40,817 nt of DNA from an uncultured Nitrosopumilales archaeon (lineage in GTDB: Archaea > Thermoproteota > Nitrososphaeria > Nitrososphaerales > JAAOZN01), in contig CAYQXI010000008.1 in the NCBI GenBank assembly GCA_964421575.1, positions 1 to 40,817 of the forward strand. Reading direction: 5' to 3'. Position 1 is the first letter of the stretch; every line of letters begins with the position of its first letter. The translations under genes were made by a program, and so were the position numbers. A model generated the notes under the pieces. The model was not told the origin of the DNA. It ran no database searches and was given only the letters and a program-made list of their open reading frames with translations. Below, piece by piece: positions 25,841 to 34,380 of the stretch.

Positions 25841-27091
25841 TTGGTAGCTAAACCTAATCCCTTTCAATCGGCATTAAAGCAGTTGGAGATAGCTGCAGAC
25901 CTTTTAAAGATGGACCCTGATATTTATCAGATGCTCAAAGAGCCGAAGAGAATTGTTACAGTTGCTGTGCCTGTGCGTATGGATACTGGTGAAGTAAGAA
26001 CATATATGGGCTACAGGGTTCAGCATAATGATGCGAGAGGACCCTATAAGGGTGGCATAAGATATCACCCAGAAGTTTCGTTAGATGAGGTTAAGGCGTT
26101 AGCTTTCTGGATGACTTGGAAATGTGGTGTAGTGGATGTGCCGTTTGGTGGTGCGAAAGGCGGTGTCGTCTGCAACCCGAAAGGGATGTCGCGTGGAGAG
26201 AAAGAGAGGTTGACTAGAAGATATACCGCTATGATCTCACCTATCATCGGCCCCTACATAGACATCCCAGCACCAGACGTCTACACAGACGCCCAGACCA
26301 TGGCTTGGATAATGGACACATATAGCCAACTTGTAGGACGCCCCGAGCCAGCAGTTGTCACGGGTAAACCTGTTAGTTTAGGTGGCTCAGAGGGGAGGAC
26401 CGAGGCGACCGGATTAGGTGCAGCCATATGTGCGCGTGAGGCAGTTAAGACGCTTGGTCTTGAACTTAAAGATGTTACAGTTGCTATCCAAGGGTTCGGT
26501 AACGTAGGTTCGCACGCAGCTCTAGCCTTGGCAGAGATGGGGTGCAAGATAGTTGCGTTAAGTGATTCACGCGGCGGCGTATTTTCACGGAAAGGGATAA
26601 ACCCCCTTGCAGCTCTCAAGTATAAGGAGGAGACTGGAAGCGTAGTCGGCTTACCTGGATGTGAAGAAATAACCAATGAGGAGCTGTTGGAGCTTGAGTG
26701 CGACATTCTGCTTCCAGCTGCCTTGGAAAACGTCATTACATCCTCTAACGCTGGTAAAATCAAAGCGCGTATAGTGGTTGAAGGTGCTAACGGACCTACT
26801 ACACCCGAAGCTGATACGATATTATATGATAATAAGGTCTTCGTTGTCCCAGATATACTGGCGAATGCTGGTGGTGTGACTGTAAGCTATTTTGAGTGGG
26901 TGCAGAACTTGAATAGAGATCATTGGTCTTTGGCTGAGGTTAAGAGGAAGCTGGAGGAGAAGATGACCTCGGCCTTTAAGACCGTCTACGAGACATCAGT
27001 TAAGCACAATATTGACATGAGGGCTGCTGCGCTTATGGTTGGTGTAGGGAGGGTAGCGGAAGCCATAAAGATGCTTGGGATCTGGCCTTAA
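25841..27091 (+). CDS. gdhA: Glutamate dehydrogenase (Glu/Leu/Phe/Val dehydrogenase family)
   Basis: YRVQHNDARGPYKGGIRYHP...WMTWKCGVVDVPFGGAKGGV contains the catalytic-Lys motif; Rossmann GFGNVGSHAA. TTG start lies 8 nt after GAAGGAG, with a TATA-like ATTTTTAAAGG at 25806-25816. Confidence 0.93.
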   Translation: MVAKPNPFQSALKQLEIAADLLKMDPDIYQMLKEPKRIVTVAVPVRMDTGEVRTYMGYRVQHNDARGPYKGGIRYHPEVSLDEVKALAFWMTWKCGVVDVPFGGAKGGVVCNPKGMSRGEKERLTRRYTAMISPIIGPYIDIPAPDVYTDAQTMAWIMDTYSQLVGRPEPAVVTGKPVSLGGSEGRTEATGLGAAICAREAVKTLGLELKDVTVAIQGFGNVGSHAALALAEMGCKIVALSDSRGGVFSRKGINPLAALKYKEETGSVVGLPGCEEITNEELLELECDILLPAALENVITSSNAGKIKARIVVEGANGPTTPEADTILYDNKVFVVPDILANAGGVTVSYFEWVQNLNRDHWSLAEVKRKLEEKMTSAFKTVYETSVKHNIDMRAAALMVGVGRVAEAIKMLGIWP

Positions 27092-27143
27092 AAGATATAT
27101 GAGTGTTAGTTAAAGGGGTAGGGTGTAGAAGGGTTGTTAAGGA

Positions 27144-27443
27144 TTGCCTCATGAGGGCCCTGACAAGTACGGAAAGTGTTGGCCTAAATGCATATCCTTT
27201 AAGTGCGGCAAAAGAGCGATGCTGATACGGGGACAAACAATCTGGTGCAGTTGGTTAAACGATCTCTGTGCCGGTCCATCCTGCTCCTACGCTTTATGCA
27301 TAAGAAACAAGCTTCTGCCAGACAACAGGTGCGGGCTGGTCGTAAGAAGAATTACGACCGATGTTGTGAAACCAGAGGATTTTAGTCTAAACATAAAGCT
27401 GAGAGGTAAGCTTGCTAAAAAGCTCAATGGCGACATAGTGTAG
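27144..27443 (+). CDS. Cysteine-rich small protein (99 aa), unknown function
   Basis: Eight Cys in the first 63 residues (KCWPKCISFKCGKRAMLIRGQTIWCSWLNDLCAGPSCSYALCIRNKLLPDNRCG), then a basic tail. TTG start. Preferred over the overlapping ORF at 27203-27385, which is compositionally odd. Confidence 0.45.
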   Translation: MPHEGPDKYGKCWPKCISFKCGKRAMLIRGQTIWCSWLNDLCAGPSCSYALCIRNKLLPDNRCGLVVRRITTDVVKPEDFSLNIKLRGKLAKKLNGDIV

Positions 27444-27449
27444 AGGAAG

Positions 27450-28016
27450 TCACTTAATCAACATCTTAACCGCTAGCGCTACAATTCTAGCTGAGAGTAT
27501 GAGCGAGGAGATCGCTTCAGGTATAGCGACTCCACGCCAAGGTAGGAGCCAGATTAATGCGGCCGCGAGAGCCCCAATGAGTGTTAACAAACCAGAGAGC
27601 TTAGACGATTTAAGTAGAAAATGTATGCCTAAAGATAGTAGAGATAGCACGATCAAGACGAAGAATGCGACTGAGACATAGAAGTGTATTCTACCATAGT
27701 TTTCTGGGAAGAGACCTATAAGTGCGAGGAATATTGCTGAGGCGAGTAGTAAAATGCAGCTCAATTTTGCGGTGAAGCCTGTTATGTGGATCATCAAGCC
27801 TATCGAGAAGATGAAGAGTAGGATCCCTGCCGAGATTAATGTGGTGTTGAAGATTATTGCTGATACTCCTTGGACACCCAAGTCACTCAGCGCGTTATCA
27901 AACCAGCTGAAGCCAGGATAGTAGGATATTGCGAGTAGGATGAGGGGGTAAACTGCGATTACACCTACTATACCGCATAAGGCGGCTCCTTTAACAAACC
28001 TTTCTTTTCTCATCAA
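27450..28016 (-). CDS. Polytopic membrane protein, DUF998-like
   Basis: 188 aa with about 6 TM helices. N-terminal YYPGFSWFDNALSDLG resembles the DUF998 motif. Weak assignment. Confidence 0.6.
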   Translation of the reverse strand: MMRKERFVKGAALCGIVGVIAVYPLILLAISYYPGFSWFDNALSDLGVQGVSAIIFNTTLISAGILLFIFSIGLMIHITGFTAKLSCILLLASAIFLALIGLFPENYGRIHFYVSVAFFVLIVLSLLSLGIHFLLKSSKLSGLLTLIGALAAALIWLLPWRGVAIPEAISSLILSARIVALAVKMLIK

Positions 28017-28077
28017 AGTGTTGGTGTCGTTTATTACCTTATATATGAATTGCTCCTAATAAATAAATTAGAGAAGT

Positions 28078-28410
28078 ATGTTCAAGATAGTCTTGGATCA
28101 CGCGCTCCCCCGTAAGTTGAGTTACCTTAGGCTCTATGCTGAGATGGGGGCTGCTAGGCTATACCTCTCCTTTGATAGCGGCAACCTCCAATGGTTCGGC
28201 AAGATAGAAAGGAATAGGAGCTTCTCAAGAACGATGACGGACAAAGAATACTTTGCCCATAGGCTTAAGCACCCCGTTAAAAGGGTGTTGGCTGAGGATG
28301 AAGACGAGATGGTCGTTGAGACGAAGGATGGGGTTGAGGAAAGGTGGCTTAAGCCGAGGTGGCTCCTCAGGGAAGTAAGGATAAAAAGGGCGGGTTTGAG
28401 AGGTAGGTAA
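28078..28410 (+). CDS. Hypothetical charged protein (110 aa), immediately upstream of the polyprenyl synthase
   Basis: Protein-like composition, in contrast to the S/L-rich antisense ORFs. There is a 7-nt gap to the next gene. TATA-like CCTTATATATG at 28037-28047. Confidence 0.5.
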   Translation: MFKIVLDHALPRKLSYLRLYAEMGAARLYLSFDSGNLQWFGKIERNRSFSRTMTDKEYFAHRLKHPVKRVLAEDEDEMVVETKDGVEERWLKPRWLLREVRIKRAGLRGR

Positions 28411-28417
28411 GACGGAG

Positions 28418-29263
28418 ATGCAACAAACCACAAGCACACCAGCAGAACTGTTAGATAAAATAGCCTTTTATGCTAAGATGGTCGATGAAGCTCTTAGTGG
28501 AGAGCTACAGAACTACTTGAACTCTGACTTCTACGAGCCTTTGAAATATGCGTTGGAAGGTGGGAAGCGTATACGGCCGATAATACTTCTTCTATCAAAC
28601 AAGGTTGCTGGTGGTTGTGAGGCGGATGCCCTTAAAGAGGCTGTTGCGGTAGAACTCTTGCACACCGAATCGATCATACATGACGATATTATAGATGACG
28701 AAACCGTAAGGAGGGGCAAGCCGGTCTTCTACCTAATATATGGTTTTAACACATCCCTACTAACAGCAGACTTCGTCTTCGGGATAATCTTGAGCATAGT
28801 CGCTAGATCAAAGAAGAATATAGCTGAAGACCTTGCATCAGCAGCCCTTCAGATGTGTGAAGGCGAGATTATGGAGATGAAGATTGAAGCTGAGAACAGC
28901 GAAGTACCGCTCGATAAGTATCTTCTAATCGTTAGGAAGAAGACAGCAAGTCTATTCGAGGCAGCGGCTAAGATCGGAGCAAAGCTCGCTTCAGCACAAG
29001 GAGAGGTGGTTGAGGCGCTCGCCAGATATGGGCTCAACATAGGTATAGCGTACCAGATCCAAGACGACATCCTAGATTGGAACAACGGCTCTAAGATCGC
29101 CAGAAGAGTAAAGGTGAGCGAAGGCGATGCGAGGAAGATTCTTGCTGAAATCGCCTCGAGATACGCCAACGAGGCGAAGACGAACCTTAGGGATCTTCCT
29201 GACTGCGAAGCCAAGCAGATATTATATGAGATAGCGGACTTCGCTGTGAACCGCTTAAGCTGA
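28418..29263 (+). CDS. trans-Polyprenyl diphosphate synthase (IdsA/GGPPS family, chain length uncertain)
   Basis: First Asp-rich motif LLHTESIIHDDIIDDETVRRG and second motif AYQIQDDILD. 281 aa. Confidence 0.9.
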   Translation: MQQTTSTPAELLDKIAFYAKMVDEALSGELQNYLNSDFYEPLKYALEGGKRIRPIILLLSNKVAGGCEADALKEAVAVELLHTESIIHDDIIDDETVRRGKPVFYLIYGFNTSLLTADFVFGIILSIVARSKKNIAEDLASAALQMCEGEIMEMKIEAENSEVPLDKYLLIVRKKTASLFEAAAKIGAKLASAQGEVVEALARYGLNIGIAYQIQDDILDWNNGSKIARRVKVSEGDARKILAEIASRYANEAKTNLRDLPDCEAKQILYEIADFAVNRLS

Positions 29264-29265
29264 TC

Positions 29266-30735
29266 TCAACCTAAGGCCAAAACCGCGGCTTTAGCAAGAT
29301 CATATATCAGAGAAGGATAGATCCCTACAACGATTATTATGGCTGTAGCCACTAAGAGCACAGCAGATATTACAGGCGGCTCACTGATCTTACCCTGCTC
29401 CATGGAGCCGGTTGGTTCATCGATATACATCCGCTTGATCACCCAAGCATAATAGCCGAGTGAGAGGGCACTGTTCAAGACACCCGCTAAAGCGAGCCAA
29501 GCCATCTCACCTTGGATGGCTGCTGCGAAGAGCACAAGCTTACTCCAGAAGCCGTTCAGAGGAGGTATCCCAGCCAAAGCAAGAAGGGAAACCGCTAGTG
29601 CAAATGAGGTTATGGGCATCCTCCGCCAAAGTGAGGCGAATGAGTCGAGGCTAACTCTACCGGTGGTGCGGTCTACAGCGGCAACGGCCAAGAAAGCTGA
29701 GGACTGCATAATCGCGTGGTTAAAGACGTGGAATAGAACCCCTATTAGAGCTAGGGTCTTAGCGGGCTCTGTAGCAACGGCGAACCCGATGAGGATGTAG
29801 CCTGCTTGTGCTATGCTTGAGTAGGCGAGCATTCTGGGAACTGAACGCTGTGTAAGAGCTGCCACGTTACCTAGCGTCATTGTTGCTAGGGCTAGTATGG
29901 CGAAAGCGGTCGTCCAGTTCACGCTAAGGAATGGGAGGGCTACTACAAACACTCTTATCGCAACTACGAAACCAGCCTTCTTGGTACCAGCTGAGAGGAA
30001 AGCGCTTATGGTGGTTGGTGCGCCTTCGTAGGCGTCTGGTATCCACATGTGGAAAGGTACTACCGACATCTTTAACCCGAATCCCGCTATGAAGAGTGCC
30101 AGTGTCAGGAGGGTTAGCGGGTCTAGGTGGATTGCTGAGGTTTGCAAGGCTTGGAGCACAGCGATCAAGTTTGTGGTGCCCGTTAGTCCATAGGTTAATG
30201 AGATGGCGTAAAGAAGGATACCTGAGGAGAAGGCGCCGAGGAGGAAGTATTTTATCGCGGCTTCGTTCGAGAATGGGTTATCCTTCTTAAGACCGGTAAG
30301 CACATACGTGGGTATACCCATCAGTTCCCAAGCGACCACGATCATAAGTAGGTCTGCGGCGAAGGATAGTAGAACCATGCCTAGTGTTGAGAAGAGTAGG
30401 AGAGAGAAGTATACGGCTAGATTACGGTCACTCCACATGTAGTTTTTAGAGGAGAGGATAACGAGGAGTGAGACGATCTGGACTGTGAGTGCGAAGAAGT
30501 ATGATAAGGGGTCTACGTGAAATAGGTTTGTGTAACTTGGCTTAGGCTCGAAGAGTAGGTAGATCGAGAGGTTAAGTAGAGTGATGGCTAGTGAGGCTGC
30601 GAGGACCACTAAAGAGGCGTAGAATGCTAGGCTCTGCCTTATAGTAGCCCGTTTAGAGAGGCTGAGTGAAGCTACAAACAAACTACCTACTGTGAAGATA
30701 ACAGCATAATCTACTATCACTATATCTGCGCTCAT
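29266..30735 (-). CDS. nuoN: NADH:quinone oxidoreductase (complex I-like) subunit N
   Basis: VAWELMGIPTYVLTGLKKDNPFSNEAAIKYFLLGAFSSGILLYAISLTYGLTGT and HMWIPDAYEGAPTTISAFLS. Last gene of the operon. Confidence 0.9.
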   Translation of the reverse strand: MSADIVIVDYAVIFTVGSLFVASLSLSKRATIRQSLAFYASLVVLAASLAITLLNLSIYLLFEPKPSYTNLFHVDPLSYFFALTVQIVSLLVILSSKNYMWSDRNLAVYFSLLLFSTLGMVLLSFAADLLMIVVAWELMGIPTYVLTGLKKDNPFSNEAAIKYFLLGAFSSGILLYAISLTYGLTGTTNLIAVLQALQTSAIHLDPLTLLTLALFIAGFGLKMSVVPFHMWIPDAYEGAPTTISAFLSAGTKKAGFVVAIRVFVVALPFLSVNWTTAFAILALATMTLGNVAALTQRSVPRMLAYSSIAQAGYILIGFAVATEPAKTLALIGVLFHVFNHAIMQSSAFLAVAAVDRTTGRVSLDSFASLWRRMPITSFALAVSLLALAGIPPLNGFWSKLVLFAAAIQGEMAWLALAGVLNSALSLGYYAWVIKRMYIDEPTGSMEQGKISEPPVISAVLLVATAIIIVVGIYPSLIYDLAKAAVLALG

Positions 30736-32232
30736 CTACCCACCACCCGCAGCCTGATAGAGCGAAAGGGAAAGCGGATCTACAATCCCGAGTAGAAGTG
30801 AGGGGAAGATTAGTAGTAAGAAGAGGGGGACAAGATAGAGGAGGAGCCCAATCATAGCCCTATTATGCATATCGTGGTAGTGAATATGCTCTGGTAATGG
30901 ACTTAGGACCGTCCTCTTAATCATCCACAAGAAGTACGCTACCGTAAGTAGGGGTATCAAGACCGTTAGAGCATACCATCTGTTAACAGAGATGGCGCCT
31001 AAGATAACCATCCACTCGCTGAGAAAGCTACTATACATAGGCACACCCATACCAGCAAGTGAGCCTAAGATGAGGACTAACGCAGTCTTCGGCATACCAA
31101 CCCTCAAACCCTTCAACTCATCGATGTTTCTTGTGCCGGCTTGCTCGTGGATGTAGCCTGAGAGCATGAAGAGTATTCCTATTGCTGCTGCGTGGTTAAA
31201 CATCTGAAAGACCGCTCCAGAGATACCGTAGACAGCACCTTGAGCGGTTAAGGCAGATATACCGGCGAAGCTGCCTAGCAGAACGAAGCCCATGTGGTTT
31301 ATGCTGGTTAGGGCGATCATCCTCTTTAAGTCCCTCTGAACCATCGCTACCAGCGCTCCGTAGAACATGGTGAGGATGCCGAAGGCTATGAAGATCCAAG
31401 CGTATTGCTTGGATGCCTCAGCTAATAGGCCTAGGTTGACTCTTATGAAGCCGTATCCGCCCATCTTTAGGAGGAGACCGGCTAGGAAGACGCTTATCGG
31501 TGCTGGTGCTTCGACGTGTGCGTCTGGGAGCCAAGTGTGGAAGGGCACTACGGGCAGTTTAACCCCGAAGCCTATGAAGGCTGCAGCTGAAGCTAGGAGT
31601 TGAACCCAGAAGGGGATCTTACCAATCAGCTCTGGTATATTGAAGGTGTTTGGTGTTGTGAATAGGTAGATGAGTATGAAGCCTAGAAGCATAATCACAC
31701 TCCCCACGAATGTGAAGATTAGGAACTTCATGGCAGCATACTTACGCCTAGGTCCACCCCAGACACCTATGAAGAAGAACATCGGGATCAACACGATCTC
31801 CCAGAAGACGTAGAAGAGTATGAGGTTGAGTGAGCAGAAGACACCTATTATGCTTCCCTCAAATAGGAGGATGAGGAAGTAGTAGATAGGCTTCTTCTCC
31901 GTTATGAGATCCCAAGAGCCGAGCACCACAAGAACAGAGAGAAGGGATGAGATCAGTATCAGTGACGCACTCAAACCATCCACACCCAGATAGTAGTCTA
32001 CGCCGAAGCCGCCTAACCAGCTGTAAGGCCCTTCTACGAAACGGAAGGAAGCGCCCTCTTTTGAAACATAGAGTGAACCGTACATGCAGAGGGAGAGTGC
32101 GAAGACTACGATAGTTATCACGAGGGAAGCCAGCTCGGCGAGCCGCTCTCTTAATCTTCCGAGCAGATAGACCGGTATCGAACCTATGATGGGTATGAAG
32201 ATCATTAAACTAAGTAAGGGTATATCCAACAT
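30736..32232 (-). CDS. nuoM: Complex I-like subunit M (canonical)
   Basis: LFYVFWEIVLIPMFFFIGVWGGPRRKYAAMKFLIFTFVGSVIML and FHTWLPDAHVEAPAPISVFLAG. Confidence 0.9.
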   Translation of the reverse strand: MLDIPLLSLMIFIPIIGSIPVYLLGRLRERLAELASLVITIVVFALSLCMYGSLYVSKEGASFRFVEGPYSWLGGFGVDYYLGVDGLSASLILISSLLSVLVVLGSWDLITEKKPIYYFLILLFEGSIIGVFCSLNLILFYVFWEIVLIPMFFFIGVWGGPRRKYAAMKFLIFTFVGSVIMLLGFILIYLFTTPNTFNIPELIGKIPFWVQLLASAAAFIGFGVKLPVVPFHTWLPDAHVEAPAPISVFLAGLLLKMGGYGFIRVNLGLLAEASKQYAWIFIAFGILTMFYGALVAMVQRDLKRMIALTSINHMGFVLLGSFAGISALTAQGAVYGISGAVFQMFNHAAAIGILFMLSGYIHEQAGTRNIDELKGLRVGMPKTALVLILGSLAGMGVPMYSSFLSEWMVILGAISVNRWYALTVLIPLLTVAYFLWMIKRTVLSPLPEHIHYHDMHNRAMIGLLLYLVPLFLLLIFPSLLLGIVDPLSLSLYQAAGGG

Positions 32233-32235
32233 CCA

Positions 32236-34374
32236 TCACCTCAACAGCAGAGAGGGGTTCAGAATTAGGATGATCGACACAACCACCACACCTATCGTGA
32301 AGACGAGCAGATAGTTCTGCGTAACACCGGTCTGGATCCGTCTACTGACTCTAGAGAAGATGGTGCTTACGTAGGCTAAGCCGTTTATGAAGCCATCTAC
32401 AATATATTTGTCGAACCAGTTCCCAGCCTTCGATGAAACTATGGAGGCTATGGCTGCTGCGTCACTCCACTTATCTATTACGCCTAACTCTAAGCCTCTC
32501 CAGACTACACGCGCAAACTTAGCCAAGCCGTCTACGAAGATGGCGTAGTAGAGTGTGTTAAGATACCACCTATTCTCTAGGAAGATGTAAAGCGCTCTTA
32601 ACACACTGCTTGAGTTCACGATCTTAGCCGGATCAGCACGCCGCGCTACATAGATATAGTAGCCTAAAGGTAAACCAACCGCCAAAGCAGCTAAAGATCC
32701 TCCTAACGCTACTGGGTTGATCTCAAACCCTTTATGTGCTACCTTAAAACCATACTCGTGCAGATAGTGCTCTAATGATTCGTGCAGATAGGTTTCCATA
32801 AATGGGCCTACTATTCCTATTGCTAGGGATGCTACCGCTAGTATTGTATATGGTATCCACATAACCTTAGGTGCTTCACCGAGGTGGTGCTCAGCTTCAC
32901 TATGTGAGCTATGCTTATGCTCAAGCTCCTTAAGATACTTGCTCTTTTCACCAAAGAAGGCTAAGCCGATCATCCTAAAGGTGTAGAACACTGTCAACAT
33001 AGCGGTTACAACAGCTAAAGCAAAGAGGATAGGGGCGCATGGTGTAGAAGCCTCCCAAACCGCAGCCAGAACAGCGTCCTTACTCCAAAAGCCGCTCAGA
33101 GGTGGTATACCGGCTAAGGAGGCTGAGGCTAGGAGCATAGAGAAGAAGGTGATCGGCATAATATTTCTTAGACCACCCATATCAGTAAGATACTTGCTTC
33201 CACAAGCGTGGATGAGCGCACCAGCAGCCATGAAGAGCGAAGCCTTAAAGATCGCGTGGCTCATTAGGTGGAAGAAAGCTGCTGTGAAACCACCTGCAAA
33301 GGCTGTGCTCTCGCTGACCAAGCCAGCAGCACCTAAAGCAAGCATCATATAGCCGATCTGTGAGACCGTTGAGTAGGCTAAGACCTTCTTTATCTCCCTA
33401 CCCACCACGGCTTGAGTGGCTGCTAAGAAGGCTGTGAAGGCACCTATCCAAGCGACCACCTCGAAGAACAGAGGTACTGCGTTTACTGCTTGGAAGGCTG
33501 TGTAGAAGATTGGGCCTACTCTTGCGACCAGAAAGACACCAGCCTTCACCATGGTTGCTGCGTGTATGAGGGCTGAGACAGAAGTGGGGCCAGCCATAGC
33601 GTCTGGGAGCCATTCTTGTAGCGGGAACTGGGCTGACTTGCCTACCGCTCCTCCGAAGATCAGTATGGTTACTGGTATGAGGAGCCCTGCTGAGGCTAGG
33701 CTGCTCGCCCACTCTGTGTGTTCGGCGAGCTGCGTGAAGCTGAAGGTGTGCGAGTAGGTGTAGAGTATTAGTAGTCCTATTAGGAAGGCTGAGTCACCGA
33801 CCCTTGTGGTTATGAAGGCTTTCATGCCTGCGTGGCTCGGCGAGTAGGCTTGCTCACGCCCCCACGCCTTCCTTCCACCTTCCTCAACAGGCGTCCCGAC
33901 CCAATACTTCTTCTCGTCACTATGCCAGAAGCCGATGAGCGCATAGGAGCAGAGCCCTACACCCTCCCAGCCGAAGAATAGTTGAAGTAGGTTATCTGAG
34001 AGGACTATGAGCTGCATGTTGCCTATGAAGAAGTTCATGAAGAACCAGTATCTTGTCAGATTTGGTTCGCCCTTCATGTAGCCGAGGCTGTAGACCATGA
34101 TGAGGAAGCTGATCCAGCCCACTACGTTAGCCATCGTTACGCTGAGTGGGTCTGCTAAGACACCAGCCTTGATACCTATGGAAGGTATCCATTCAACCGT
34201 GCTGTGGATGACTTCCTTAGATGGGATCATTAGGGCTGCTGAAACCGCTGATGCTAAGGAGAAGAGCACAGCAAGGTAGTCTCTAAACCTATCACCGATC
34301 TTAGCGGAGACGGGCGTTAGAATCGCGCCGACTATCGGCAGAATCCAAACAAGCCAAGGTAGAGCTTCATTCAA
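32236..34374 (-). CDS. nuoL: Complex I-like subunit L, long form (712 aa)
   Basis: LLQLFFGWEGVGLCSYALIGFW, FPLQEWLPDAMAGPTSVSALIHAATMVKAGV, and a C-terminal amphipathic region ending in a final TM helix (RRIQTGVTQNYLLVFTIGVVVV). Confidence 0.9.
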   Translation of the reverse strand: MNEALPWLVWILPIVGAILTPVSAKIGDRFRDYLAVLFSLASAVSAALMIPSKEVIHSTVEWIPSIGIKAGVLADPLSVTMANVVGWISFLIMVYSLGYMKGEPNLTRYWFFMNFFIGNMQLIVLSDNLLQLFFGWEGVGLCSYALIGFWHSDEKKYWVGTPVEEGGRKAWGREQAYSPSHAGMKAFITTRVGDSAFLIGLLILYTYSHTFSFTQLAEHTEWASSLASAGLLIPVTILIFGGAVGKSAQFPLQEWLPDAMAGPTSVSALIHAATMVKAGVFLVARVGPIFYTAFQAVNAVPLFFEVVAWIGAFTAFLAATQAVVGREIKKVLAYSTVSQIGYMMLALGAAGLVSESTAFAGGFTAAFFHLMSHAIFKASLFMAAGALIHACGSKYLTDMGGLRNIMPITFFSMLLASASLAGIPPLSGFWSKDAVLAAVWEASTPCAPILFALAVVTAMLTVFYTFRMIGLAFFGEKSKYLKELEHKHSSHSEAEHHLGEAPKVMWIPYTILAVASLAIGIVGPFMETYLHESLEHYLHEYGFKVAHKGFEINPVALGGSLAALAVGLPLGYYIYVARRADPAKIVNSSSVLRALYIFLENRWYLNTLYYAIFVDGLAKFARVVWRGLELGVIDKWSDAAAIASIVSSKAGNWFDKYIVDGFINGLAYVSTIFSRVSRRIQTGVTQNYLLVFTIGVVVVSIILILNPSLLLR

Positions 34375-34380
34375 CTCAAA

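Noticed and set aside
27203-27385. 60-aa alternative-frame ORF inside the Cys-rich ORF
   Set aside because: It is shorter and R/K/Q-rich with no structural pattern. The overlapping frame has an ordered cysteine pattern.
28134-28439. Two reverse-strand ORFs (101 and 70 aa) antisense to ORF 28078-28410
   Set aside because: S/L/P-rich shadow-ORF composition. The + strand ORF has a TATA-like element and abuts the polyprenyl synthase gene.
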